Source of the DNA: a virus
Lineage: Duplodnaviria; Caudoviricetes
DNA: 64,000 nt
IMG/VR virus record: IMGVR_UViG_3300027986_000001
Coordinates: 1 to 64,000 of that record
Reading direction: 5' to 3' (one strand)
Below are positions 48,501 to 57,865 of the stretch, piece by piece; the first letter of the stretch is position 1; every line of letters starts with the position of its first letter. A program made the position numbers and the translations under genes. Under the pieces are notes generated by a model, which was not told the DNA's origin, did not search any database, and was given only the letters and a program-made list of their open reading frames with translations.

Positions 48501-48763
48501 TTTACCGCGAGGGGGATGCTCTGTTCTATGCAATAACCCTCCCGCCTCAGAGTACAAGAGATCCGCAAAGGTTTCTATTGCCGAGCCTCAATAGTGGCGT
48601 GCTAAACAAATCCAGATCGTACCGCATGGTGCTCAACGTAACGAGTCCGCTAAAGTTCTACCCTGACGGCTCGCGGATAGAGTGGATCGGGTTCGGGCTG
48701 CCGCGCCATCGTGCGCTGCAGCAACAGAAGCTATCGGAGCTTCTATCTCCTATGGCTGGTTAA
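45515..48763 (+). CDS. tail nozzle / tubular protein B-like
   Basis: 1082 aa beta-propeller-like (LYKS....PE.F, I.YLS.DGIY.FDG.....IS..I). Confidence 0.75.
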   Translation: MAEKSFPFIHRGIITRTTTSELPQGATQSEANCESLQEGSICSRAGIQSLGSSSGLNSPSVRKFRIGATDSTNPRYVLSAAGGSGMNLYRTAALNFSALTNIASNVSSTSLKAQRFNLASYSAGTSGQLWAFISTPLAMLKDPSPGTSTPQNWGILPATGVAQASASGTGVLDGGASGSPSGSSPYDYIYCYRNKTTGNQGNPSQTMLTVSNATNGTPVAVHLQQITVTVWGSGDAQISGSGSIAIYRRGGIFTDGLYRFVGYATNPGSATSTTFVDNASDVSIELNPTVEFDNDPPVPSGLQNPYTGAIQANSSAGFQTVTLSPALPSGLTPGSTMFCVGNKAIETVIILSVVSSTQVEAYFQLNHTSGEIFTIDTICNQALPYSVSAFDSIFLAGDPNNPHILYKSKTGMPESFPIEEADGIADAIIVGSPANPIQNICEFRDMVVSLNLNSLYVVPVISGQMLAPSEVSQGHGLLDPWAWCKSDNAIWYLSNDGIYEFDGNSSRKISEAIDQLFVGRSLGNLPPINFNPTTTLPIFRLEYYHQEIWFSYFAVGFGQICLRYQALYNRWIIAEFNGGVSDLWFEPDTGNLMVAGLLGGNASFAFADKDGTSGTTDYWSTNGTDGQAIPAQFKTGFFYLDSPAVDKLFQDIILELDAPAPTSTSSYVTVSVYYDFSSTAADTFTLSDNATAGVTGRHRVSLMNALSGGVGQGVEAYAVAFEFIVTCKQRVTFYSLTFQYEILAEAQSGKPGLWQNLGHPYDKRLQEVTIEYSNYGFTTLTAYVDIMSGINSLTETTQIASAVLAPTPAGTRALATIPLADIICKLCRITYKNNEGAAVVINESNVLRVYGDPKWSAVNDPPDILEQTQWRAYGPCESIARQVRLAIDTGGVNCTVALQGDGTTQQSFTVNATDSDRKRFFSTNSNLICRMWRYTFTPGSGGKAKVFENELDAIPEPCPITSVWDSYELVFSYQGWKAIKILNLQWICAASSTLSIYREGDALFYAITLPPQSTRDPQRFLLPSLNSGVLNKSRSYRMVLNVTSPLKFYPDGSRIEWIGFGLPRHRALQQQKLSELLSPMAG

Positions 48764-49260
48764 ATATGTCTCCAGATGCGCCTGGATATTATCATAGAGA
48801 TCAGGGATGGGGTGACGCGAAAACGCTTGGCAATGTGCTCCATGTCAAGGCTTCCACTTGCATGGATATTGCGTATCTGGCGTACCTTCTCATCACTCAA
48901 CTTGGCCCAATAGTTATTGGACCCCTGGTTTATCCTCCCCTTTCTGGAGGCATCGCGCATATTATCTAGCTGGTCTCCCTTGAACAGATGCTTACCGTTG
49001 CAGCAAGCAGGGAAATCGCAAGAATGAAGCACGCTAAGAGGATAAGCGTCTTCGCCATGAGTAACCCTAAACGCTATTCGACTGGCAAGCCAGCAGCGGT
49101 TGTTTGGCTTGCCAAGCATGAACTGCCCATACCCTGTCTTGTTTCGGGATGCTTTCCACGGCCAGCACTCGTCCGGGCCGCGCACGTCTACGTGGGACCA
49201 GAATCGTTCTATGTCCCTATCGGACAGTGATGGGATTGGGATAGGATATCTTAGAGCCAT
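48760..49260 (-). CDS. HNH (His-Cys/HNH_3) homing endonuclease with C-terminal HTH
   Basis: RFWS.V.....ECW.W......GYG.F...VLHSCD...CCN..HL..G...DN..D...KGR. Confidence 0.92.
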   Translation of the reverse strand: MALRYPIPIPSLSDRDIERFWSHVDVRGPDECWPWKASRNKTGYGQFMLGKPNNRCWLASRIAFRVTHGEDAYPLSVLHSCDFPACCNGKHLFKGDQLDNMRDASRKGRINQGSNNYWAKLSDEKVRQIRNIHASGSLDMEHIAKRFRVTPSLISMIISRRIWRHI

Positions 49261-49350
49261 GCGGCCTCCTCTTAGGTCGATTGCTTAGTTCCGTGGAGAT
49301 GATTGACGCCATCTCCACGGAATGCTTTAGGGCAGCACCGTGCTAATAAT

Positions 49351-49896
49351 ATGGCTACCGCCAAAAATGCGATAACCAAACAGCAGCAAGCCGTGCCTCA
49401 ATTGAAAGCCTCCGATTTCGAAGGCAACTGCGCTCGGGTGAATCATGTAATTCGAATCATTTGGGGCAAGGCGGTTTCCGCCGCCAATGCCGCCGCTGGC
49501 GCAACCGGCGCTCAAGGTCCAGCGGGGCCAGCCGGAGCGCCGGGAGGGCTGGGAACATACACCCAGATCACTCCCAGTGGAACCACGGCCACGCCCAGCC
49601 TGAGCGGAGGAAGTTGGAGCGTAACCGAAGTCCTCCTAAATAATTCTTCTCCTATCACGATCCAGAACGTGACCGGCGGCTCTACGTGCATGTTCTGGGT
49701 GCTCGTGCTTAAGCAGGACGCGACTGGGGGAAGGCAGGTAGCCTTCCCGGCCAGCGGATCTACCTATGCCGGAGTAACCGATCAGGTCGGAGCCTTAGAC
49801 CAGACAGCCAGTACTTACTCGGTGCTAGTATTCGTAGTGAGGCCGGACGGAAAATCAATGCTATTGGGAGTCCCAATCAGCGGGGAGCCGTACTAA
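49351..49896 (+). CDS. tail-associated protein with short collagen-like segment
   Basis: GATGAQGPAGPAGAPG; L.LKQDATG.R...FP domain. Confidence 0.6.
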   Translation: MATAKNAITKQQQAVPQLKASDFEGNCARVNHVIRIIWGKAVSAANAAAGATGAQGPAGPAGAPGGLGTYTQITPSGTTATPSLSGGSWSVTEVLLNNSSPITIQNVTGGSTCMFWVLVLKQDATGGRQVAFPASGSTYAGVTDQVGALDQTASTYSVLVFVVRPDGKSMLLGVPISGEPY

Positions 49897-51875
49897 TGGG
49901 AAAAGTCATAATTTTGTCCTTGCTTGCGGGCCTAAGCATATCAAATTGCCAGACGGCCCATTTCTCTATCATTGAGGGGAGCGCCACCGGGAACGCCTTA
50001 AATATCAACGGCCCCACGTCGGGCAACGGAGAGGTCGTTCTCAACCCCGGAAACGTAGCGGGGCTGGCCTATGTCTTGGTCAATAACGCCCGCACGGACC
50101 AGCCATCTCTGATTGTGTCCCAGCAAAGGGCGGGGAATATAACCTCGGCGGCGGTATTTGAAATCTTCGACAGTTCGGGAGATCCGGTGTTCGCAGTTGC
50201 GGGTTCTGGAGCCCCTGGTTGGCCCACTGGTCCAGGACCAAACGGGGTGACGATCGAGGGAGATGTAGTTCCCGCGACCGATAACACCTTCAATTTGGGA
50301 CATGACACGGGCACCTCCAGCGGGAACTTTGGGTGGCTGAACATCATCGGGCACAATCATTCCTGGATAGCGGGTGATGGAACTGTGACGGCGATCAAGT
50401 CGCCAGCCACCGGGGCCAATCTGTTTCTCGTTCTTCCAAATGCTGCCCCTTCTGCGGTAGGCAATGCGCTAGTGGTGAATAACATTGCCGGGAGTACGTA
50501 CACGCTTGCGTGGGGTGGCGCTAGCGGATGCCCAGGAGGCTCAACGACAGAGATCCAATACAACAACGGATCAGGTGGATGCTCCGGAGACGCCGATCTG
50601 CTTTGGGACCCTACGGCCAAGGCTTTGCTGTTAACGGAGAAATCCGGCGGAAGTACTGGCAGGGACATCCAGTTAGCCGCTGGGGGGACTGGTGAGGTCT
50701 TTGGGGTGAATGGATCAGCCGCGTCAGTACTGCCAGGAGCAATATTCAGTCTTGGAGGCATTGTCCCGGAAGCGGACGATGCAGCTACTGTGGGGGCTGG
50801 ATCGGGAGCCTTCAAGCAATCGTATACGTACGATACCTACGCCCAGAGGCAGTTTATCTGCCCAACGGGAAGTAACTTTTCATCCATCGGCGTAAACTCC
50901 TGCCCGTATTTAGGTACCGTGGGTACGGCATTTCTAAATATCAACACAAGCCTAGCATCGGGAAATCCTCCGTTCGTTCAGTTCGTTGCGAACTCTTTAA
51001 CTTCTCAGTTCTATGCGCAGTTCAACGGAGCGGTGATTCCGAACGTAAATAACCACTTTTCTCTGGGTACAGGTAGCTTTGTCTGGAGCAATACTTTCAC
51101 TGAGACGCTGACAAACGTAGGGGGATCGACTTCAATCAACGGCCTGACCTACAACTGGCCCAACGCACAAGCGGCAGGGTATTTTCACAATGACGGCAGC
51201 GGAAATATCAGCTTCACCGCGAGCGCTGGCGGGGTGAGCAGCCTCGATGGCCTTACGGGTGCTCTGAATCTGGCGGGGGCAGGCGGAATCTCGATCAGCC
51301 AAGTTGGCAGCACTATAACCATTACCGGGCCTGGAGGCGGCGTAGTGAATTCGCTCAACTCCCTCACAGGTGCGCTCAGTATAGTTGGGACACCTAATGA
51401 GATCTCAGTAACCCCGAGCGGCAGCTCTATTACGCTGGCTACGCCTCAAGTCATTTGCACCACCTGCGCGGTAACCTTCGACAATATAACAGGCACAACG
51501 TTGGGGACTTTTGGGCGCATAAACGTGGGCTCGAATATCAGCATATTGGCCAGTGGCATCATCAACACATTTCAGCTTACGGCTGCCGGATTCGTGAACG
51601 CAGGGGACTTATCAGTGACTGGCCCCGGAACCTCAGCCACCATTTCCAGTTCGGCTGCCGTGGCCTTACAGGTCACTGGTGGGGCTACGTTCGGAGGCGG
51701 GGCGGCTGGCATAGGCAGCAGCGGAGTAGCGGCTCCGTGCAGCCCGCCCAGCGTCACGTATTTCGCGGCAGGGGCTGCCGGACAGAGTGTAACGCGCACC
51801 GTACGTAATTCGGCGGGTACCGGCACTTGCACTATTATCTACACGTGTGGGATAGAGACAGGAGGGACGTGTTGA
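49896..51875 (+). CDS. tail fibre/spike protein
   Basis: Gly/Ser/Thr-rich; V.SL.GLTGA repeats; PGGS.TEIQYNN. Confidence 0.75.
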   Translation: MGKVIILSLLAGLSISNCQTAHFSIIEGSATGNALNINGPTSGNGEVVLNPGNVAGLAYVLVNNARTDQPSLIVSQQRAGNITSAAVFEIFDSSGDPVFAVAGSGAPGWPTGPGPNGVTIEGDVVPATDNTFNLGHDTGTSSGNFGWLNIIGHNHSWIAGDGTVTAIKSPATGANLFLVLPNAAPSAVGNALVVNNIAGSTYTLAWGGASGCPGGSTTEIQYNNGSGGCSGDADLLWDPTAKALLLTEKSGGSTGRDIQLAAGGTGEVFGVNGSAASVLPGAIFSLGGIVPEADDAATVGAGSGAFKQSYTYDTYAQRQFICPTGSNFSSIGVNSCPYLGTVGTAFLNINTSLASGNPPFVQFVANSLTSQFYAQFNGAVIPNVNNHFSLGTGSFVWSNTFTETLTNVGGSTSINGLTYNWPNAQAAGYFHNDGSGNISFTASAGGVSSLDGLTGALNLAGAGGISISQVGSTITITGPGGGVVNSLNSLTGALSIVGTPNEISVTPSGSSITLATPQVICTTCAVTFDNITGTTLGTFGRINVGSNISILASGIINTFQLTAAGFVNAGDLSVTGPGTSATISSSAAVALQVTGGATFGGGAAGIGSSGVAAPCSPPSVTYFAAGAAGQSVTRTVRNSAGTGTCTIIYTCGIETGGTC

Positions 51876-51876
51876 C

Positions 51877-52230
51877 ATGAAGAGAGCTATTTGGTTTTTG
51901 GCTGTTGCGACTATGCTTCGCGCCGAGGAGGTGAAGCCCACTCCGCCGGTAGAAACCACTTCCGAGGAGAACGCTATCCTCTACAAGATTGTCGCCGAGG
52001 TTAAGCTCTTGCAGGAGTACCAGAAAGAAGTCGCTCAGCAGCTATCCGAAAAGCAGAAGGAATGGGACGAGGAGCAGGCGGTAATCTTTGCGAGAGTCGG
52101 CAAGAAGGCGGACGAGGTTCAGCTTCAGGAAGATCCCAAATCCAAACCCCGCCCACACTGGGTAGTGGCCCAAATACCGCCTAAGCCAGAACCCCAAAAG
52201 GCCGCCCCTCCCGCTAGTGGAAATCGGTGA
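51877..52230 (+). CDS. coiled-coil protein (fibre chaperone or spanin-like)
   Basis: Follows fibre; signal-like N-terminus. Confidence 0.45.
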   Translation: MKRAIWFLAVATMLRAEEVKPTPPVETTSEENAILYKIVAEVKLLQEYQKEVAQQLSEKQKEWDEEQAVIFARVGKKADEVQLQEDPKSKPRPHWVVAQIPPKPEPQKAAPPASGNR

Positions 52231-52633
52231 TCGTGACCGTGCTCCCAGATGGTACTAACTCGATCGTAACGGCATTTAGGGTAATGTCGTCAAAGTAAAA
52301 CATGGCCGTAGGCGGCCACGGAACGTGGATCTTCCCATTGGGATCGAACGGCTGGGTAGCGGGAATTAGCTGGCTGGCAGACAGGGAAGATCCGCTTGAA
52401 TCGGTGTACTGTATCGTGACAAGAAAGTCGGTATCTCCCTTTGGGTCTTGCCTCACCGCTACCTCGACCCTTTGCCGACAAGTCTGCCCCAGGAATTCGT
52501 ACCACGGAGCCAGTTGCTTGCATATTGCTGCGGTGACGTGGCGGACCACGTTTGTGCGGTTAACTTTCTGGCTGTCGGCCTTGGCTGCGATCGGCGCAAG
52601 AACGAATATCAAAACGGCGGCTAGTTGTCTCAT
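52214..52633 (-). CDS. exported protein with own promoter (moron-like)
   Basis: Signal peptide; AAGGAG RBS; CTCTTGACT promoter on minus strand ~52678-52690. Confidence 0.6.
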   Translation of the reverse strand: MRQLAAVLIFVLAPIAAKADSQKVNRTNVVRHVTAAICKQLAPWYEFLGQTCRQRVEVAVRQDPKGDTDFLVTIQYTDSSGSSLSASQLIPATQPFDPNGKIHVPWPPTAMFYFDDITLNAVTIELVPSGSTVTITDFH

Positions 52634-52746
52634 AGTGTTTTCTCCTTCGGCCCGATGATGACCGAGAGCGGATCTGAAGTCAAGAGTTTTGCTTCAGGCG
52701 GAAAGCACTTGCCGATCTAAGCCCAACTCTCTAAACTCGTTAAGCG

Positions 52747-53319
52747 ATGGCGGCGGCGATTCAAATCAACGCACTACAAAAGCAACTCTTTCTCCGCAAT
52801 AGCGTAGAGGACGATGTGCTGGCCGAATTCTACCTGCGCATGAAAGATGAGCGTCTCTTACATTGGCTCTATTACCAAACGGTTCCCACGCTGGGCGAGT
52901 TTCTTTCTTCCCATCGAAGGACAGACCTTGTTTACCTCGCTGGGTACGCCAGTAAAATATTAGACTGCTCAGAGCCGGAACTTTGCGGCATGTGCTGGGC
53001 CGAATCGATTCAGCGGCTGCCCGGCCTGTCGAAAGCTCAGGTGGGTATGGCGTACTTCCGTGAGTACCAGCGGGACGACACAGCTCTTGAGCTGGCAAGA
53101 ATGTCGGTCGATTTCGCGTTCGATACAGTGCGTCTGGATGTCCTCTTGGGGACGACCCCCGTAAAGAATCGGGCGGCGTGCATTTTCACTGAGCGCGTCG
53201 GATTCCAGCGGATCGGCATAGCGCCGGACTACGTGTCGTTCTGGGGCGAAAGGTCCGCTGCGGTGCTCAGTGTACTCACCAAGGACCACTGGGGGAAGAT
53301 ACAGAGAGGTCAGGCATGA
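52747..53319 (+). CDS. GNAT acetyltransferase
   Basis: G.TP..NRAA..F..RVGF...G..P motif. Confidence 0.75.
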   Translation: MAAAIQINALQKQLFLRNSVEDDVLAEFYLRMKDERLLHWLYYQTVPTLGEFLSSHRRTDLVYLAGYASKILDCSEPELCGMCWAESIQRLPGLSKAQVGMAYFREYQRDDTALELARMSVDFAFDTVRLDVLLGTTPVKNRAACIFTERVGFQRIGIAPDYVSFWGERSAAVLSVLTKDHWGKIQRGQA

Positions 53320-53882
53320 GCGGCCCCGGACAGGCTTACAATAACGCGCAAAACACACAGGCTCAAGTCTCGCAAGAGCAGCTCAATATAGCCGAGCAGC
53401 AGCAGGCACTGCAGCAGCAAAATTACCAGCGCGCGCTTACTCTGGAGCAGCCGCTCATAACACAGCAGACGGCGCTGGCTACCGGATCGCCACAAGCAGC
53501 CCTGCAAGCCGTGTCTCCGCAAGTAGGCCAGATCTCTGCGGGGTTCAACGCCTCAAAAGAAGCAATCATGAACTCCGTTCCCGCCGGACCGGCGCGGGAC
53601 TACGCCCTTAGCCAGTTGCCGCTACAGAAAGACACTGCCATTGGCGGCGTGCTTGGCAGCGCGGTGGCGGCTGCCCCCAAAGAGCTAGCCAGTATAGGCT
53701 CCGGGTTTGGCGGACTAAGCCTCCAAGAGTTAGGCGGCGCTTTGTCTGGCCTGAGCGGCGCTGGGACAACATCGGCAAATATCGCGAATCAGAGTAACCA
53801 AGCCAAGGCAAATCAGCTCGGCTTGTACGGGAGTTTGGCTGGAGCCGCTGGCAATGCTATTGGCGGCGCTGGCTTTCTTTAG
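53316..53882 (+). CDS. DNA ejection/pilot protein
   Basis: Gln/Ala/Gly-rich; position. Confidence 0.6.
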   Translation: MSGPGQAYNNAQNTQAQVSQEQLNIAEQQQALQQQNYQRALTLEQPLITQQTALATGSPQAALQAVSPQVGQISAGFNASKEAIMNSVPAGPARDYALSQLPLQKDTAIGGVLGSAVAAAPKELASIGSGFGGLSLQELGGALSGLSGAGTTSANIANQSNQAKANQLGLYGSLAGAAGNAIGGAGFL

Positions 53883-53985
53883 CGGCGCTAGCAGTGGCGG
53901 GGGATATATGGGAGGCGAGGAGATGGGGATTACCGGAGGCGCTCCTCCCGGCGCTCTTTCGTCAGCGTTCGGGTAGGCTGGATAA

Positions 53986-55806
53986 ATGGCTGATAGCTCT
54001 CAGAATCGTAGCGTTTTCATGCCGGACCCGGCTTCGGTCACCGAAGGACCTTTCACCCAGGCCCTCCAGCCGCCAGCCCAGCAGCAGCCACAGCCCGTTC
54101 TTGGCGCTGGCGGAGGTAAGGCGCTAGGCGCTGCCTACATCGGCACGCAGTTTCTGCAGGGGTTAGCCCAGTCCCGCATCCGGAATTTTCAGATGCAGGA
54201 GAATGCCAAGATTCAGAAACTCCAGCGGCTGAATTCGTTCATGATGTACATCCAGCAGAATCCTAACCTCTCTCCGGATGACAAGAACAAAGCGCAGCAG
54301 ATGTACTTCAAGGCGCTGGGAACGGATATCACAGCAGCAACGGCCAATGGCGGTAAGGGCGGCGGCGACGAAAAGACAGGCGTCCAGCATCACTTCGCGG
54401 ACATCATCAAGCAGGTCGCGCTCGGGGCGGTCGGCGGCAAGCTGCCGAAGGGGGTAAAGAACATCAATCCGGATGAGGTGATCGGGCAGATTTCGGGACT
54501 GCTGTTCGATCAGAACGGGAAACCCAAACAGCCGTATAATCCGCAGCAGCAGGGTATTGAGCAGACGGAGCAGGCGCTTGGACGCAAGCTCACGGACCAA
54601 GAAAAACAGCAACTACTTGGCCTTCCCGGTAATCCTTTCCTGGAAAAGAAGAAGCAGGTCGAGCAGGCTCTTGGTCGCCAACTTGGGAAAGATGAAGCCG
54701 ACAAACTGCTAGGGGTTTACGTCGCGCCTTCGGCTCCTCACTGGGCACCATCAATCCCCGGCGATAAAGTTCCCAAGGAAGTCATCGAAGACGCCACCAA
54801 TAACCCAATAGATCGGAGCGCGGGCGCAAGCTACAAGCAAGACACGACCACGGGAAAGTATTACCTCGAACGGGCCAAGGCCGCTGACAAGCAGTGGAAG
54901 CAGACGCCGGATTCCAGTACTGGGTGGGCTCGCGTGTCTTATGACAGCGCGGGGAAAGTGATCTCTCTCGAAAAAGACGTTGCCCCTCCGTCTTATCTGA
55001 CCGGCCAAACCACCACCAGCGTACGCTTCACAACGGATCAATCCGGTAATATCATCGAGGTTCCAGTAACAACCACGCGGAAACCTAACGTTCCCTCCGC
55101 CGCGCCAAGCCCCCAGCCAAAGGCACCCCCTAAGACTGCTACGCCACCGGGAGTTGCCCCCAATGGGGCAGTCTTGCCACCCACTGCCGCTAATGCCCCG
55201 TCTGGAGCAAGGATCGTCGGGCACAAGCCGGTATCTGCCGCGCAAGTTAAGTCCCAGCAGATTGCCTCCGGCGCGCGAGATGCGGGCATTGCGTTGTCGG
55301 AAATGTTGCCCAGGCTCAAGGAAGAGAACCCGGACTATTTTGGAAGATTTGTCGGGCGCACCATGGGGATACAAAAGTTTGCTGGCGTGCAGCCGGATTG
55401 GGTGGCCGACGTGGAAGCGCAGGCAGGTTCACTCGAAGCCTTTCTTACCGGCGTGCATAATGCTCGTGGTGTGAAGTACGTGGACCATTGGAAGGAAATT
55501 TTAAACAATCCGTACGTGAACCCGGAATACACGGCACGAGTCGCCAAGACCCTGGCTGCGATCGCCGATGGCGTGTACAAGTTTCAACAGAACACGAACA
55601 CGCAGAACGAAACGATGGAGCAGGCGATCACACGGATGAAGGCAAGTCCGGAGTACAAAGATCTATTCGCGCCGTTAGATAAAGACCCGGCTCCGGCCAA
55701 GGGCAAGAAAGAAACGGCCCCGTCAAGCAAAAAGCCTCCTGCTGACCAAGATCCCGGCAATCCGCAGTTCTGGATCAAGCAGACGGCTGCGCCGCCGACA
55801 CCGTGA
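53986..55806 (+). CDS. internal virion / ejection protein
   Basis: 606 aa; position after pilot protein. Confidence 0.55.
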   Translation: MADSSQNRSVFMPDPASVTEGPFTQALQPPAQQQPQPVLGAGGGKALGAAYIGTQFLQGLAQSRIRNFQMQENAKIQKLQRLNSFMMYIQQNPNLSPDDKNKAQQMYFKALGTDITAATANGGKGGGDEKTGVQHHFADIIKQVALGAVGGKLPKGVKNINPDEVIGQISGLLFDQNGKPKQPYNPQQQGIEQTEQALGRKLTDQEKQQLLGLPGNPFLEKKKQVEQALGRQLGKDEADKLLGVYVAPSAPHWAPSIPGDKVPKEVIEDATNNPIDRSAGASYKQDTTTGKYYLERAKAADKQWKQTPDSSTGWARVSYDSAGKVISLEKDVAPPSYLTGQTTTSVRFTTDQSGNIIEVPVTTTRKPNVPSAAPSPQPKAPPKTATPPGVAPNGAVLPPTAANAPSGARIVGHKPVSAAQVKSQQIASGARDAGIALSEMLPRLKEENPDYFGRFVGRTMGIQKFAGVQPDWVADVEAQAGSLEAFLTGVHNARGVKYVDHWKEILNNPYVNPEYTARVAKTLAAIADGVYKFQQNTNTQNETMEQAITRMKASPEYKDLFAPLDKDPAPAKGKKETAPSSKKPPADQDPGNPQFWIKQTAAPPTP

Positions 55807-55810
55807 TGCC

Positions 55811-57862
55811 ATGGCCGAAAAACAGCAGCTTGACCTCATTAGCGACTTCCAGAAGGCGATCGGCAAAGAGAAGTTAGATCCGAACACCACGGCGGCTACG
55901 TGGAATGCCTTTGTCGATACGCCTGAAGATCAGTTCGTATCGGTTTTCCATGGCCTCAAGTTGAAGCCGGAAACCAAGGCGGCACTGTGGAAGTTGCGAT
56001 TCGGCAAGGAGCAGCAAAAACTAAAGGGGCAACGTTCAACCCCCACGCCTCCCGAAGCGGGAAGGTTCGCCTTGGAACACGCACCGGAGATTGCTGCGAT
56101 GGCAGCGGTTCCGTTGACCGGGGGTATGAGCGCAATCCCGGCGGCGGGTTTTGTCGGCCTTATGGGCGGGGCGGGGGAAGCGGCTAAGCAACTAATCAAG
56201 CGCGGGTTGGGCGATAAGGATGTTCCAGAAACTTCAACCGAAGCCGCCGCGCGTATCGCCAAGGAAGGCGGAATACAGGGAGGCGCGGAACTCGGGCTAC
56301 GAGCAATTGCCGCTCCATTAAAGGCCGGGCTCGGCGGGCCGCTGCGTGAGGCCGCAAGGGCAGCAGAGAATAAGCCGATCCTCGAAGCCGCCAAAGAATA
56401 CAAGATTCCTTTGCGATCCGGCGAAATTGTGGCTGGCCGCAAAGGCTTGCCCGCACGTCTTGCCCAGGAGATTGGCGCATCGAGCTTGACCGGCAGGGGC
56501 GCTGCGGAAGCATCGCAGGAAAGAATCAGACAGTCTGCAGCGCAAGCCGTAGACTCGATCCTCACAAAGCTAAGCCCTAACGTTACGCCAGCAATAACTG
56601 GATCGGCGGTACAAGACACCATCAAGCTAAGCAACAATATCTTTGAAAAGACGGCTGAAGATCTGTATCAAAAAGTAGATCAGGTGCTTGGAGGTCTTGG
56701 CATCCAGACGACAGAGACGGCCAAAGAAGCTCAGGCTATCCTCGCTGAATACGCCTCCGGGCCAAGCGCAAAAGGGGTCGGAAAACACTATCCCGCCAGC
56801 ACTAAGATTCCCGCCAGAGTCGCCGGGTATCTAGAAGATTTCTCCGCCGTTCCTCCCTCCGGCGTGCCGTTTTCAGTACTACAAGCAAAACGCTCCGAGA
56901 TGCTCGGTCTTCTCCGTGATATTAAGGGCGGCAGGGTCCCCACTGAATCAGCCGGTCAGGCTGAGCAGATCCTGTCGCGTCTCGCTAAAAAGGTCACCGA
57001 GGACATGGAGGATCAGGCGCAGGCCATGGGAATCCAAGCCACGAAGGAGTGGAAGGAGGCCCGGCAATTCTACAAATCTGGCAAGGATCTTATGGAAGAT
57101 CCCGCCACCGAGAAATTGCTTAAGCAGCAGAACCCGGAAGACATCGTAAAGCAAATCAGAGGTGGTTCGGTAACGCTTGTCGAGAAACTTAAAAAACTCG
57201 TGATCGACTACCCCACCAAGTACGGAACGCCGCAAGAAAAACAGGCTGCCATAGCTGCCTGGAATAATCTACGCCAGCAGGTTGTCAGAACTAATATCTT
57301 GGAAGCCCCGCAAGGCAAGCAATTCGGCATCAGGGATTTGATGGACCTGAAGGAGCGAATCACTGACATGGGGGCTGACGTGAACCGGAAATTATTCATG
57401 GGAGACCCAGAGGGCGAGATTATGTTTCAGAACCTCAACCGCATCGCGGACGTGATGGCTCGAGTAAAGAAGCTGCCGGAAACTAACCGCATGGGTTACT
57501 GGGCTATGATCCGTGGCGGGGCTCTTGTGGGAGGAGTGGGATTAGGACTTACTGGGCATGTGGCGGAAGGCGTAGCAACGATCGGTCTCGAAGAAAGTAT
57601 CCCGTACGGGATTTCCCGGATCATTCACAGCCCGGCTGCTACCTCGTATTTTGTTAACGGATTAGCCGCCATGACTCGCGGCAGTTGGCGAGCACCGGCT
57701 GAAACAGTGGTTGGCGCAGTGGCTCCGCGTATTCCTGCCGGGGTCAGCCTAATTGGCCGGGCCTTCAAGATGGCTCACGATGCCGACCAGCAAAAAAAGA
57801 CCGCTCCGCCGCCCGTGCCCCTGCCCGAGGTGGGAGAACAGCTTCTGGAGGGAATACATTAG
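55811..57862 (+). CDS. internal virion / ejection protein
   Basis: Helical with GG.G.A.GE hydrophobic segments typical of DNA transfer proteins. Confidence 0.6.
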   Translation: MAEKQQLDLISDFQKAIGKEKLDPNTTAATWNAFVDTPEDQFVSVFHGLKLKPETKAALWKLRFGKEQQKLKGQRSTPTPPEAGRFALEHAPEIAAMAAVPLTGGMSAIPAAGFVGLMGGAGEAAKQLIKRGLGDKDVPETSTEAAARIAKEGGIQGGAELGLRAIAAPLKAGLGGPLREAARAAENKPILEAAKEYKIPLRSGEIVAGRKGLPARLAQEIGASSLTGRGAAEASQERIRQSAAQAVDSILTKLSPNVTPAITGSAVQDTIKLSNNIFEKTAEDLYQKVDQVLGGLGIQTTETAKEAQAILAEYASGPSAKGVGKHYPASTKIPARVAGYLEDFSAVPPSGVPFSVLQAKRSEMLGLLRDIKGGRVPTESAGQAEQILSRLAKKVTEDMEDQAQAMGIQATKEWKEARQFYKSGKDLMEDPATEKLLKQQNPEDIVKQIRGGSVTLVEKLKKLVIDYPTKYGTPQEKQAAIAAWNNLRQQVVRTNILEAPQGKQFGIRDLMDLKERITDMGADVNRKLFMGDPEGEIMFQNLNRIADVMARVKKLPETNRMGYWAMIRGGALVGGVGLGLTGHVAEGVATIGLEESIPYGISRIIHSPAATSYFVNGLAAMTRGSWRAPAETVVGAVAPRIPAGVSLIGRAFKMAHDADQQKKTAPPPVPLPEVGEQLLEGIH

Positions 57863-57865
57863 CCA